DNA from: Utricularia gibba
Lineage: Eukaryota; Plantae; Magnoliophyta
Length of the DNA: 64,000 nt
Assembly: GCA_002189035.1 (NCBI GenBank)
Contig: NEEC01000004.1
Span: forward strand, 4,154,001-4,218,000
Direction of reading: 5' to 3'
Below the pieces are notes generated by a model that was not told where the DNA came from, did no database searches, and worked only from the letters and a program-made list of their open reading frames with translations. Both the position numbers and the translations under genes were made by a program. Below are positions 48,865-61,873 of this stretch, one piece after another; the stretch's first letter is position 1; every line of letters starts with the position of its first letter.

Positions 48865-50358
48865 TCAATCGTAAAGACCCTCTTGCTCCCATACATCAAC
48901 TAGGAACTCCACCATCTCCTGCAAGTTGAACCAATCAAACATCAGACTAGTTTCATGAGAAATGATTGAAGTAAACATCCTGCTGATGAACTGACCCCAG
49001 AGGTATGGGTTGGGTGAAGGGCTTATTGCTACTAAGCAAACTTTCATACGTTGCATTCCAACTGCAGAATCGTGAGACAGTAATGTGAGTTATATGGAAC
49101 AGTGAATGAAAGATAAACAGGAATCAGATCTTTCATAGCCATTTCCTGCAGCATATTCATCAATGATAAGATACCATACTGGGACATCGACAAATAAAAA
49201 ATTTTACCTTATCCTTGGCTCCTTGGATTGAACATTCTTTTCAGATCCTCTGGTTCCAACCCACTGTTGCCTCGTTTGATTCCAGAGAAGAAGACCTTAA
49301 AATGTTGAAGATGAATGGTGATGGCGGTTCAAATTAGTCACAGAAACCAAAAGGAATAATGAAGAAAGGGTGCGAGAATTCAATGAATTGAAAGCACGTT
49401 ACCATGATTTACATTGTCAGGAGGGTTGCTCGCAGTGCTAGCACTTGTTTGAGAATCAAAGTTCTGATTGGAAGTGCTCACTGATGATACAGATCTGTGA
49501 GACTGCAATGTGTTATTCTCCATATTGCCAGAGCTATTGCTCCAAAAATCCTCGGTAACGGTATGCTTCTTTACAGACTGGGGTTTGTTTTTGAGTCCTC
49601 TGGATTGTTCATCGACAGATATTATATGTGGTGTCTTCGTACAACATCCAAAACAACTTCTGCTCTGTTACAAAACAGGATTTTCACCAAACAGATGATT
49701 AGTGTGTCAAAATTTGACATAAGCTACAGCAGCATCCCATGATAAATGAAACCAAACCCTTACGAATTCAAGCCGACAAGCATGGCTATCAAGATTCAAG
49801 AATATACAAACCAGGATAGCATGCTACGGAAGATAATTAACTGATACTTGAGAATGATGCAGATCAAAAGCATCATGCATAAAGATTTTACAAAAGTGCT
49901 GATCCATTCAGCATACGGAAACCATTCATCAACATTTAAAAAGTGCAAGATTCCAACTTTTAAATTTTCAATCCCAAGTCTCCATAAGTTAGTTTAGAGC
50001 TTTGGAAAAGCTAATACTCTCAATTCTGACATGTTGTCGATTCCCCTTTTTGGATTAAAGAACACACTAAAAGTCAGAACTCTGTCTGAATAACCCTAGC
50101 AATCACAACTGCGCAACTAAAATCGACAAATCAAAACATAAAAGAGGCAAAAAAAAAAAAAAAAAACTGACCCCATGCAGATAATCAAGCGAGAAATCCA
50201 AGAATGAACCGATCCGCACCAACTCTTCATTAACAGACGACACTAGATTCAAGAATCATGAAGGCGAAATCAATCGAACCCAGATCGAGATACCTACGGA
50301 CGGAGGAACCACAGAGATCTGCGGCAAACCCAAACAATGAGTGGTCAATAGTATCCAT
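48865..50358 (-). CDS. DUF4050 family protein (about 5 coding exons)
   Basis: Spliced by hand: SCFGCCTKTPHIISVDEQSRGL, EDFWSNS, NH|GLLLWNQTRQQWVG, S|WNATYESLLSSNKPFTQPIPLG|EMVEFLVDVWEQEGLYD*. The first exon (ATG 50358) is the least certain. Confidence 0.85.
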
Positions 50359-53024
50359 CAAAAACACAAGCAACATTGCTAGCTCGATGAAACAAAAACA
50401 GAAAATTCAAGATCTGATCAACGAACAATTATGAAACGGCGATTGATGTGCAACTGCAACGGGAAGTGCAAGGGTCTGCAAAGCAATACGAGAATCGAAG
50501 AGGTAAGGGCTACAAGGGAGACTCTGGAGAGCGCCGGCGTTACGCCTTTTGGGGTACAATCGGAGGATGTGGGCCGGCCCTGCAACAAAACGCGGTTCCG
50601 AAGAAAGTACATGAATACCCTAATCTTTCTTTTTTAATATGATTTGGAGTGTTTTAGATAATGTTTAAATTAACTTTAAGTATTTTACTTAGTATAAATG
50701 TTAGTAGTAAGATTTAAATTAATTTTAGAGTTTAATTTAAAATTTATTGTAGAAAAATTTAAATATATGATGATCTTAAATAAGATTTTTTAACTAAATT
50801 TTTGTATATAAATCTTTCAAAATCATTTTTAAATATTTATTTAGGGTAAAAAAATCTTAAAAAGTGATGAAAAAATAGGATACAAAATCATTTATCAATG
50901 TCTTACGCTTGTTTATTGATATTAAAGAAATTATATGCATATCTTATATGTATAAATCTAACATATTTAATCTATTTTCAAATTTTAAAATATAAATTTT
51001 ATTTTATTTTAAATCATATAACTAGAATTTTGAACAAATTACCAAAAGCGTCAAGAGTGTCTTACATAACTTTTGGATTCCAATATTTTCTAATTTAATT
51101 TTAAAAATATTAAAATTATGATAGAAAGGAAGACAGATTACGATATTTAAATATATTAAAAATAAATAATTTATAAAAAATAAGAAAAATCCTGTTATTC
51201 ATCTATTTTATGCTATAACCTAATGAGCTCCAGCCGTTCGTTTTGCTGATTGGTCCGGGTCACCGGATACTTTAGATGGATCGCCGAGTTGAAAAAAAAT
51301 AATTACTTTTTATTTACAAAATAGTCATTTTTGTTGATAGTTGTAACGTATGTTTTCAATTCAACCAATTAACTTACGAAGTTGAACCAGTTAACTGATT
51401 TTTAATAATTTAATGGTTAACTACTACCGATTTTATATACTTTTTTTAAGTTCAAATTTTAATTTTTTGGGGTTTCAAAAGTAAGAATATATTGTAATGA
51501 ATTCATCTTAAGTAATGAATTTCATACTTTATTTTGTTTGTATATACAAAAAACAAAATATGAAATTATATGTCGTCAAATGAGGAAATAAAAGATTTTA
51601 ATTTAAGATAACCCTTTTTAATTTATCTTCCTTTTGAAGTTCTAACAAAATTGATTTTAAAATGTTTCAATAAAAATAAAAATTGTTATGAAAAATCTGT
51701 AAAATAAACATATGGATCTCTTTCAATTGTATTTTTTTTTTCTTTTTTAGGTAATGAAGCACCAATGCTTGATTAAGCTAAGCTATGTAAAATCATGCTC
51801 TTGCAATGATGGCACATTATTCTTGTGGTAATCACCAACCATTTGGTGGTCCAAGTGTGAGATGAGATGAGATGAAGAACAAACATAACATGCACCTGCC
51901 CCTCAAGTACCATGGTGGTTGATGCTTAACATTTAACTAAAGTAAAATATTATATTATTCTTCTAAATATTTTAGTATTTTAGGTGTTCACTAAAAAAAC
52001 CTACATTATTTATAAATGAGTTGAAAGTAATTAGATAATTAATTCATCGTTTCGTATGGTTCATTATTTTTTGGAATCAACAATTCAAAATCAAAACCCA
52101 TGAACCATACTATCCACATGAGTTATTGTGGAAAAAAGTCGATATTTTTTAGGATATTTCAAGATATCATAGGGTTTAGTTTCAATTCCAGATTTATGAT
52201 TTTGTTTTCTAACGAAACCATGTAATTTGGTTTCGATTTCAATTTGATTCAATATTTATGATTGAAATCGGAATCGAATTTGATATCGAACCATGATTTA
52301 TAAACCATCGATTAGGAATCAATCACAACACTATTATCAAATATGATATATTAAAATCAATCAAATTCAGCTATCAAACACCCACCACGTTAGTTTCTAT
52401 AGTCCAAGTCATTATTTTTTTCTTGCAAGGTGTATAGTTTAGGGTTCACTAAAATTGTTATTTTTTTCGAAAAAATTATATATCCGAAAAATAATTTTGT
52501 TATGAAATATGAAAATTTTTGATTAGGTGTCTTGTTGTGTAGCATCTATCCAGTTTGAACCAATGGGGGATTGGAGTTCCCTATCCCTTCCCCTGGTATG
52601 ATGAAATTGGGGAAATTCATTGAAGGGGTGACCCATGAAGTCAAGTGTTAGGTGAAAAAACAAAAGAAAAGTAGAAAGCACAATAAATACTCCAACGAAG
52701 CTGCATGGCCCTCGCCTCCCTGTCCTGTCTCGTCTCCCCGAAACAAAGCTTTGGGGCTCAACTTCTCCTCTACTGCTTGGTAGGTTCCATTGACTTCTCT
52801 TCTGCAACAGCAATAATAAAAAAGATCTGCATCACCTCACCTCACCTCATACGGTTCTCTGTGTAACAGGTGAATGCTTTTATTACACCCCATCATCATA
52901 AATTTCAACCACATGCTCTACAGCTGACACGCCTTCCTTCAAAACCCATTACGATTCCAATCCCATTCCTGTGATTGCGTCTCCAGAGCATCACTTTTTC
53001 TTCCCCATTGTCAGGCTTACAGTT

Positions 53025-53763
53025 ATGGTACACTCGACCAAGCTCAGAGGTGTCAGGCAGCGCCAGTGGGGCTCTTGGGTCGCTGAGATCCGCCATCCTT
53101 TACTGTATTTCCTTCGTTTCCTTGCTCTCGATATTTATTGCATTTGCGTTGCATTGTGTGATCAAGTGCTCCCAAGTGATCGATGCTTTGTACTGGCGGT
53201 GGTGTAGGAAGAAGAGGATATGGCTGGGGACGTTTGAGACGGCGGAGGCTGCCGCGAGGGCCTACGACGAAGCCGCAGTGTTGATGATTGGTCAGAATGC
53301 TAAGACCAATTTCCCGGTGGGCGGTGGCGGTGGCGGAAGGAGACCGAATCCACAGTAACGAGGTCAGAATAGTATAACCCACAAAACGATCTATTCCTGT
53401 TACAAACCCAACCCTGATTCCATTCTGGTGCAGGTTGTCTGAGGTTCTGGAGAAAAACTGAGGAAGAGTTGCAAGAATCCAGCGCCATCAGTGACATGTT
53501 TGAAGCTGGACAACGACGATTCCAACATAGGAGTGTGGCAGAAGAGGGCAGGCCGGCAGTCGGGTTCGCAGTGGGTGATGAAGGTGGAGCTCAAGAGGAA
53601 GAACGAGGAGCCGCAGACGTCGCCGTCGTCTCAGCCGAGCAACGTGGCAGCAACCGAAGAGAGCAAACTTGCAACGCAGATGGTGGAGGAGCTGCTCCTC
53701 TTGGATTGGGAGGATGCGCAGCTTCCATTCACAAATGGCGAAGACCTCCACTCCAGCATATGA
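53025..53763 (+). CDS. SHINE/WIN1-type AP2/ERF transcription factor (ERF group V); probably 3 exons, one apparent -1 frameshift
   Basis: AP2 domain [21 protein letters not shown]|[24 protein letters not shown], with an intron at 53105-53207. SHN middle motif [33 protein letters not shown] and C-motif QMVEELL. The model needs intron 53355-53433 and one extra A in run 53453-53457. Confidence 0.88.
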
Positions 53764-54043
53764 TGATGACATACGTCACCAAGTCTCGTGTATATTGATC
53801 GTAACGGGATGGTAATGGGCCGGCTCGATGATAAGATGTGCTCGGCCCACATAAATGTACGCCCTACTCTATCTATCTGCAAACAAACGGGATTATTATA
53901 TTATTTTATATTCATTTAATTTTTTTTACTAAAATAGTTTAGAATTGTATTTTGGAAGATTTTGAATGTTTTTTAATTCTGTTTTTATCAAAAATAATTT
54001 TGTATAAAATACTTAGGAATTGTTCTAGAAAAATTTAAAACTC

Positions 54044-54556
54044 TTTTTACTTTTGAAAAGTAAAAAATAGAAGTATAAATAATTTATAAAAATAAAAATA
54101 AAAAAGATTATTGTAGAAAATTGTGAAAATTTTTAAGGATTCATATTAAAAAATAGAAATAAGATAAAAGTAGTTCTTCTCTACTGTTTCAAAAACTATT
54201 TTTAAAGTGCAATACTAAAAATATTTTTGATAGAACTAAAAAAAAATTTGATGTACTAAATTAAAATTATTTTTACTTTTTAAAAGTAAAAATAAATGTT
54301 TTAAAAATTTTATAAAATAATTTTACTTTTTATATTTTTTTTGATAAAATAATTTTTAGGTGTAATTACAAATGAATCATAAGTAAAAATAATAAAAACT
54401 ATTTTTATTATCATTTCTATTTTTTTCATCAGATTTTTAAAAATATTTTTCACCCTTTGACTTCTGATCTCCATTCCAATTTGTCAATACCATTTATGTT
54501 TCTACTTTTTCAAAAAAATATACTTCTAATTTATACTTTTTTAAAAGTAAAAATAA
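54044..54556. repeat. Three copies of the AT-rich palindrome TTTTACTTTT(N)AAAAGTAAAA
   Basis: Copies at 54044-54066, 54270-54292 and about 54535-54553, in the AT-rich spacer between the SHN and RDR6 3' ends. Confidence 0.6.
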
Positions 54557-55042
54557 TATTTAAAAATTTTCCATAATATTACTCTAATCTTCTATTATTA
54601 TTTTTTCAATACTAATTTTTTTTTAATATTTAATAAATGCTAAAAATAACCATTTATCTTGTATCAATGATTTCAATCACCCATATTATTGATGGTATTA
54701 ATTCATGCTGTTATTACATAAAAAAATAATTTTTTAACATATAAAATTATATTTTATTCATTTAGAATTTTTTAATTGTTTTCTTTATAATAAAAGAGAG
54801 ACAATTATCACGACAACTCAAAATACAATTAAAATAAAAAAGCAAAAATAAATCATGATATTTAATGAATTTTTTGATCAATCATAATTATTCTAATTAA
54901 AACATATTCCCCTGAATATAAGGAAAATTAGATGATATTTTCGAATTCTTAAAAAATTTATGAAAAAAAAAACAACCCAAATGTTTTAGTAAAAGCAAAA
55001 TATACAGGAAGGTGGATATGGAGCATGGCGAGAGAAGGTGAG

Positions 55043-58000
55043 TCAAATCTTATCAGCCAGATACCTGGCAAGAGTATCGAACGGCTCAGAGGAGATGGAG
55101 TTTTGCTGTTTTCGAACTCGGACCTTAATCCGCGCAAGATAGTCGGCAGCAATCCACGGGAAGCTCAGCATTGCTGGTGCTGCTGATGCATCCTCAATTC
55201 CCAGAGACTCCCTTGTTTTCATTACCCACCTTTCCTGGTACGTTACCTGGTACCAGGCGGATGCTTTTCTTTCGTATGCAATACTCTGTCTTCCTCCGGG
55301 AGTTGTTCAAACTCCGGCCCCATGCTCTCAAACACACCTCTGAACTCTTTTCTCAGTGCATCGTAAGCATGTCTGAGCCTGTCCTTGAGGACCCCTTGTT
55401 TCTTGCTACTGGTTTTCGGCATCGACCATATGTGTCCTGTAACGACCTCCTCCTCGCGGTTCACTTTGTATTGGGAGAGTAGACCCATTAGTTGTCCGTC
55501 GTATGAGCATTTGCAGGGCCATGCATCGTGTAGGAAAGCTTCTGAACCAGGAATCACAAGGTCTGGATCCCATGTGATGGCATCAGGGGAGGTCTGATTC
55601 TGGGGTGCTGATTCATCATCATAAGCTTCCTTGATTCTGCGGTAGAGCTTGCCTAAAATCTTGCTGGAACGGTAGGTTTGGAATTCTTCTTTCCCCATGA
55701 AATCAGGATACAACTTTGGCCTCAGTTCAGGTGGCATGCTCACGATTTTACCGGTTTTTGGGAAATCAACTGCAAGGGACGCAAGCTCTGCCAATTTGAG
55801 GCATTTCTCATCCTTCGCTCCATCCTCACTAAGATCTGCATGAACCACATGGGCGTTGCAGATGGTACCAAGGTTCTCATTCACAATGTTCCTTGAGAAG
55901 AAGTCAATTATGTCCTGTAAAGGAAGCAAATGACTTCACTTAGGATCAACAGAAGAAGATGCAGCAGAAAGCAAGGTCAGGTTTCTAAGAAGCTTTGATG
56001 AGTAAAAAAATTCATCTCAAGAAATCTCGGAATAGATTACCGAATGAATGACATTGCGAGGCAGTTCCGCGACTTTTGGGGTTGTATACTCCATGGGAGG
56101 TGAGCTTCTCTTACTTGGAGGAATGAGATTCTCATCCCAAGTGACAAAGTATACGTCTCCATCCAGATCACTCCCAGAAGCTTCATTTGTATGAGGCCTA
56201 TCTCCCTTCTGAGGAAAGACAAGACAGTCATAAAGATGATGCAGTCCAGGCACATCAATTGCCTCCAAAATTCGCACATCTCCGGGGTGAAGACATGGAT
56301 TCTTTGCAACTGCTACAAGGCCCTTGACCACTAGAAGATTCTTTTTGATGTCGGAAAAAGTTGATCCATGCTTCATGAAACACTTTTCCAAAGAAGAATT
56401 TGAGACTTGGATGAAGCACTGACCCTGCTCAAGTATGCCAAGCTCGTCTAGGCAACCCATCAACCACCTCCCTGAAGAAACGAAAATTCTAGATTTTTGT
56501 CTAAGATCACCAAGCTGAGCAGCTCTAATGCTTATCAGCATGCCTCGTAGATGAGCTTCAGCTTGGGGTTTAAATCCAGTACTTACCATTAGTGCTGCTG
56601 TATTTCCCTGCTCACCACAGGAAGCAGTGAGGACATCAAAAGCAACACCAGGATCCTCAAGCATTTGATCAAGCTTTGAAACCATTCCTTCTTGCATTCC
56701 CCAGAATACATCACCTGGAACATCCAAAGCTGTGAGAAGTGTGATGACTTGCCGATTCAGAAAGCCAGGTAGGAATTTAGTCCATGAACATATCTCAGCA
56801 TTGTGTGTTTCGACTCAAATTTCTTCATGCTGGGCCTTAGGCTTAAGCGTTTTCCATCACCCATGGAAGGCCAGCACGCAACAACGCCCTTGTAACCAGC
56901 ATACCTGATTTGGTAAGCAGAGGGTAAATCTGGAGCCAACTGCAGTTTCTTGGCAACTTCCATGGCCAGATCAATTGAAATCATGCCTATGCCATCAGAG
57001 AATGTATAACCATTTCTTTCTACATCACGAAGATCTGAATTAACTTCTGATGGAGGTACTTCTACAGTTTCATATGTGGAGGAGAAACATTGGCCCATCC
57101 TAGCAGCAAATTTTGCAACATTCTTATTTGGAAAATTTCCCATCCAGCTCATAATATTCTTCACACTAATGTTCCTGTCTTCAGCGAAAAACCAGGCTGA
57201 TTGGTCACGCAGTTGATTTGCTGAAAATGCCAGGAATGAGTACTTCCGCCCACATAAATAAAATCCATCCTTTGTAATACTCCTGATTCGATTAAACACG
57301 GTCGTCTTTTGTGGGACTGGATATGATGTCTTATCTCTTAGTATTGGATGAGCGTAATGGGTTAAAAGATTTTTGTTGAGTGTCTGCATTGCTTCATCTG
57401 TAAAAGTGACTCTTAGGAATCGGTCAGCAACATCTGCATACTTCCTTAGAACTCTATTTGAAAGTTCTATTTCAGGGGGAAGACAATAAGCTCTGGTGGG
57501 GGTAATAATCAATCTCCTGACATGAATACTTTCCCCCAGTTTATTACGTTTCTCAAGAAGTTTAGGATTTCTTGATAGCCATTTCTGAACAGCTTTCAAA
57601 GCCTTGAAAGCATTATCAACAGGATGCTTGTAGTGAGACAAGTGCGTAAGTGAAGCTACAACGAGCTCATTCGGCTGAGTTCTCAACATATCAAAAAACT
57701 CCTCAGGCATCTGATGGTAATTGACAATACCTTTATGCATCAGTGCATTCACCAAGAACATAATCTTGAAATCTATTCCTTCAACACGCTGAAAACAAAA
57801 GAAGGGATCGTAGTCATACTATGCAAGTCAGGCTCATCCAAAACTTGAAAGAGTTTTCCTCGAAATTCATCATGTACAGCCACTCTTCTCTGACGAAGGT
57901 ACTCCAAGACTTTCTTGAGTTTTGGACCATTCCGTGGCTTCAGAAAAATTCGATATGTATTACATCGACCTATAACTCTGTTTGAAGTGAAATCTGTTGT

Positions 58001-58765
58001 CCGGATCCAGGGATCATCATCATCTAACAAATCATAAGGAACTGTATCTTCAATGTCATCATCAGCTGTTCTGTAGTATATCAAAGGTGATGAAGCCAAC
58101 TGCAACACAATTATCAAAAAGGAAAAATCCCTGTATTGTTTTATCCCAAGTATCTCTCTTGATGAAAACTCCACCTTGAAATCACACCTTATTACAAGAG
58201 GTCTGGCTTTTGGTTTATCCTTCACACAAAAAGCAGTATCTTTCGTGAATTGTAGTTTACAGGAACCATTGTAAGGATCAACAACAAAATCAACCTCATT
58301 GTTTGGCCCTCTCCAACCAACAACAAACTCATCTTGGTTCTTCATTACTCCAATCTCAAGGGAAACATCAGACAGCCGATATGGTTCAGTAGTTATTCTC
58401 CTTTCATGAAAGCGGTGGGGATTTTGGGGTCCCAAACCAACTTTCAGTTGCTTCTCTCCAATAATAAGCTCACCGCGTTTAGCAGATTCTAGAGCATTTT
58501 TCGTAGAATGTGGAGCTGCAAAATGTAGAAATGCATGACGCTGTGCCTTCTCATAGTTATTATTTCTTTGTGAACTACCAATCTCAATGTCATAAATTGG
58601 ATATGCATCAGGAGGGGTGGAGGAAGTTTTCAATCTGCATCTCCATACAAGTCCGATTTTATCCTCAAAATAATCCAAGAGCATCTTGGCAGTAACATAG
58701 TCTTCAAGTCCAGCAACACTAATTTGGGTGACAACCATGTCATCATCTCGGGTTTCAAATCCCAT
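55043..58765 (-). CDS. RDR6: RNA-dependent RNA polymerase 6 (2 exons; 3 apparent -1 frameshifts)
   Basis: RDR6-specific N-terminus VVTQISVAG...IGLVWRCRLKTS.TPP and YRTADDDIEDTVPYDLLDDDDPWIRTTDFT. Core motifs: AARMGQCFSST, FSDGIG, AYQIRYAGYKGVVACW, AKNPCLHPGDVRIL, catalytic HTNEASGSDLDGDVYFVTWD. Single intron 55915-56040. Shifts at about 57810, 56796 and 55281; the corrected C-terminus is YERKASAWYQVTY...MLSFPWIAADYLARIK...LADKI*. Confidence 0.96.
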
Positions 58766-61700
58766 CGTGTCAACAAAAAGGATGAAATCTATCAGCTTGA
58801 AACCTTCAGCCAGTAGGCTTCAACAGCTCATTAGATAAAGAACAAGGAAGCATGAGTGAACATGAATCAAGTCCTCTCAGAGCAACATAGCTCCACCATT
58901 CATGCAAGTAACACCTACAAAAACCATATAAAAAATTACAAATAAGCTAATAAAAAAATTCACAAAGAACTCTACAGGTTTCTAAAAGGAACCAACAAGT
59001 TACCCACAGACTCAGTCGCCAATCTCATAAATGTCTCCACCCATTCCTTTGTTTTTTTTTTTTTTTCCCGCTGCTCAAGAAATAAAAACGGATTGCATAA
59101 TTGTACGCAGCGGATTCAGAAGTAAGAGAAGCTACAATGGCTAATAAAGGACTTCGCTTTCATTAAATCTAGTTTCCCTTGTCATTGTCGCAACCAAGGC
59201 TAGAGAGTGAATCAACAGCAAAAAAAAGAAAACGAAAAACCACAACCCCTTTAATGCCAATCCCTATGCAAGAAAAAGAATCACAGGGGCTGCAAACCAA
59301 GAACAAAGAGAAGTTGGCAAAATGGAAATTTGCTACTTCCCCACTAACATCAGAAAAGAGAGAATGAAGATGTCGGATCGCTCCCTTCGGTGGGAGTGAG
59401 CTTGAGAAGTGGACAACAGAACAAACCCCTTTAAAAAACTATTTTCACTTTTTTTTCTTTTAAAATTAATTAATCAGCATATATACATATAAATAACTTT
59501 ATTAGTATTTTAAATGGTAAAAAATATAGTCAATAAATTGTGATAGCTGTTATTTAATAGAATTTAATTCAATTAATATAAAAAACTATTCATGTTGAAT
59601 AAATTAATGTTTTTTAAACATCAGACATTACACGATTATAGAGTCAATTTTGTTTTCATAATTTTTTGAATTCATTCTATTTAATTTTTGAAAATTCTAA
59701 TCTTTAATAGTTATGTAATAAAATCAAAACTTAAGATTCTATAATTAACTTTATAAATTATTGAATTTCTCGAATCTATGAATATTTCTATAATTTGAAA
59801 TTGTGTTTTATATTATGTGAATAAAATCCATTTGAGATTTCAAAATTATTTTTTAGAATAATCTAAATTATATTATAAAATTTAATAAAATAAAAATATA
59901 TATTATATATTTAATTATTAAATTATGAATAACTTAATATTTTTGGAATAAATGAAACAATAAATATTATAATTTTTTCAATTAATATTTTATTTAATCA
60001 TTAAAACATATATTCAAAACATTCAATAATTTATAAAGTTAATCTTCTAATTTATAATGTTTAATCTAGTAGTGTTAGTAATCGTATAGGTGGGAGTTCA
60101 CCGGATTTAACCTGTGGGCTACTTCGCTGAAAGGAAGTTCCAAGCCACCGTTCCCCAACGAGAGCTGCTCCTCGGGATTGTGGGAAACTTGTTACATTTT
60201 AAAACATTACTCTAAAGTTAATTTCTGGAAAATTGAAAGTTCTGATATAATAATAACTTATATATGTTTGAAAATATTTTTAAATGATTAATTATAAAAT
60301 TATTTCATGTTTATAATATAAAAAATAAAAATTAATTTTAATAAATAAATCATATATTTATTCATATTTATTAATAATTATATCTTAAAAATTTATAATT
60401 TAAAAATATTTTTTATATATCATATATATTATAAAAAATTTTCATAATTTTTAAATTATAATTTACGTTATTATTTTAATTTAAATATATTTATATTAAA
60501 ATTAAATTTTAAAAATCAAGATAAATAAATTATTTATCATATTACCAATTTATTATTTATTAAAAAATATGTAACTATAATTTTAATTTTAGAATTGTTT
60601 CTTGAAAATCAATTATTATAAAAAAATTATCATTTCATGCTTTTTATACAAATTTACTGATTTTAAAAAATTAATTCTCGTAAAATAGAATTTGATATGC
60701 ATTAAAAAATAAAAAACCAATAGAATTAATTATAAATAGAATTGATTTCAATGATTTTCAAAAATTAATTTAATCCATGTCTAGCTCATTCTTTGATCCT
60801 ACCAACCCGATGGTAATAGCGCTCGCGGGGATTGAAGGCATCCGCATATCCAACGGGATTTGAGAATTGAAAACCAAACACAATCATGAAGCTATGGACT
60901 TAAATCACATGTGCTCTATGCTTGAAACTCGTTATAAAACATGACAAAGAATGTTCGGTAATAATTACTTTCTATTGATTTTATTTTTTGAAGAATAGAA
61001 TTATTTCTAACACAATAGAATAGGAAATTATGTACTATGGAGAAAAATTTAATCATGTTTTATGAGAAAAATACTACCAAATTATTGAAATAATCATTAC
61101 AAGAACCAGACATTTTTGTTATAATATTAGTATTTTGGCATGTGTTTTTTATTTTCCTTATGCTCTATTATTCATGAATTTGAATGAGTAAATAATCAAA
61201 AAATATTAATCATTAATATTTTGATAAAACTAAGTCTCATCATTTTATATAAATTTTTTATTTTATCCTCATTGACAAAATATATCTCAAAAGTTTCACA
61301 TATCGAATATAATTAATTCATAAAGTTTGACATATTAAATACACTTAATTCCCAAACTTTTATATGTTAAACATTTTTAGTTTCCCACTATTTGAAATCA
61401 TTTGTATAATGAGTCTGTATTATTTAATAACTAAACACAATTGGAAATTAATTTTATTAAATTTTTTAATGATTGGAAACTATTAATACCAATTATTTCA
61501 AAAAAAAAGAAAATAATTGAACCAAACTGTTTATATAAATAATGAGTAATAATTTTTTTATTTGAAATAATAGGGATTAATTATATCAGATTTTGAAATA
61601 GTAAAAAATATTTTTATAATTTTCATAAACAGTATAAAGTAATTATATTACCGAATGTCTGAGTTTATTGCATTTTTCTGAATTTTAGAAAAATAACGTA

Positions 61701-61873
61701 AGTATTCAAAGATCATTTCTTTTTAAATATTGTCTAATGGTTAGAATAAGAACACTCCATGATTTTTTTCATTTTTTAAATTATTATTCGGAAATTCGAG
61801 GTTACAACATGGTAGTAGTGCATGGAAGCAGCATCGTCGTCTTCACCCCTCCCAGATCATTCGATGTCGACGA

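Noticed and set aside
52040-52330. Degenerate GGTTC/GAACC/ATCG-rich tract suggesting a MITE
   Set aside because: I could not identify terminal inverted repeats or a target-site duplication.
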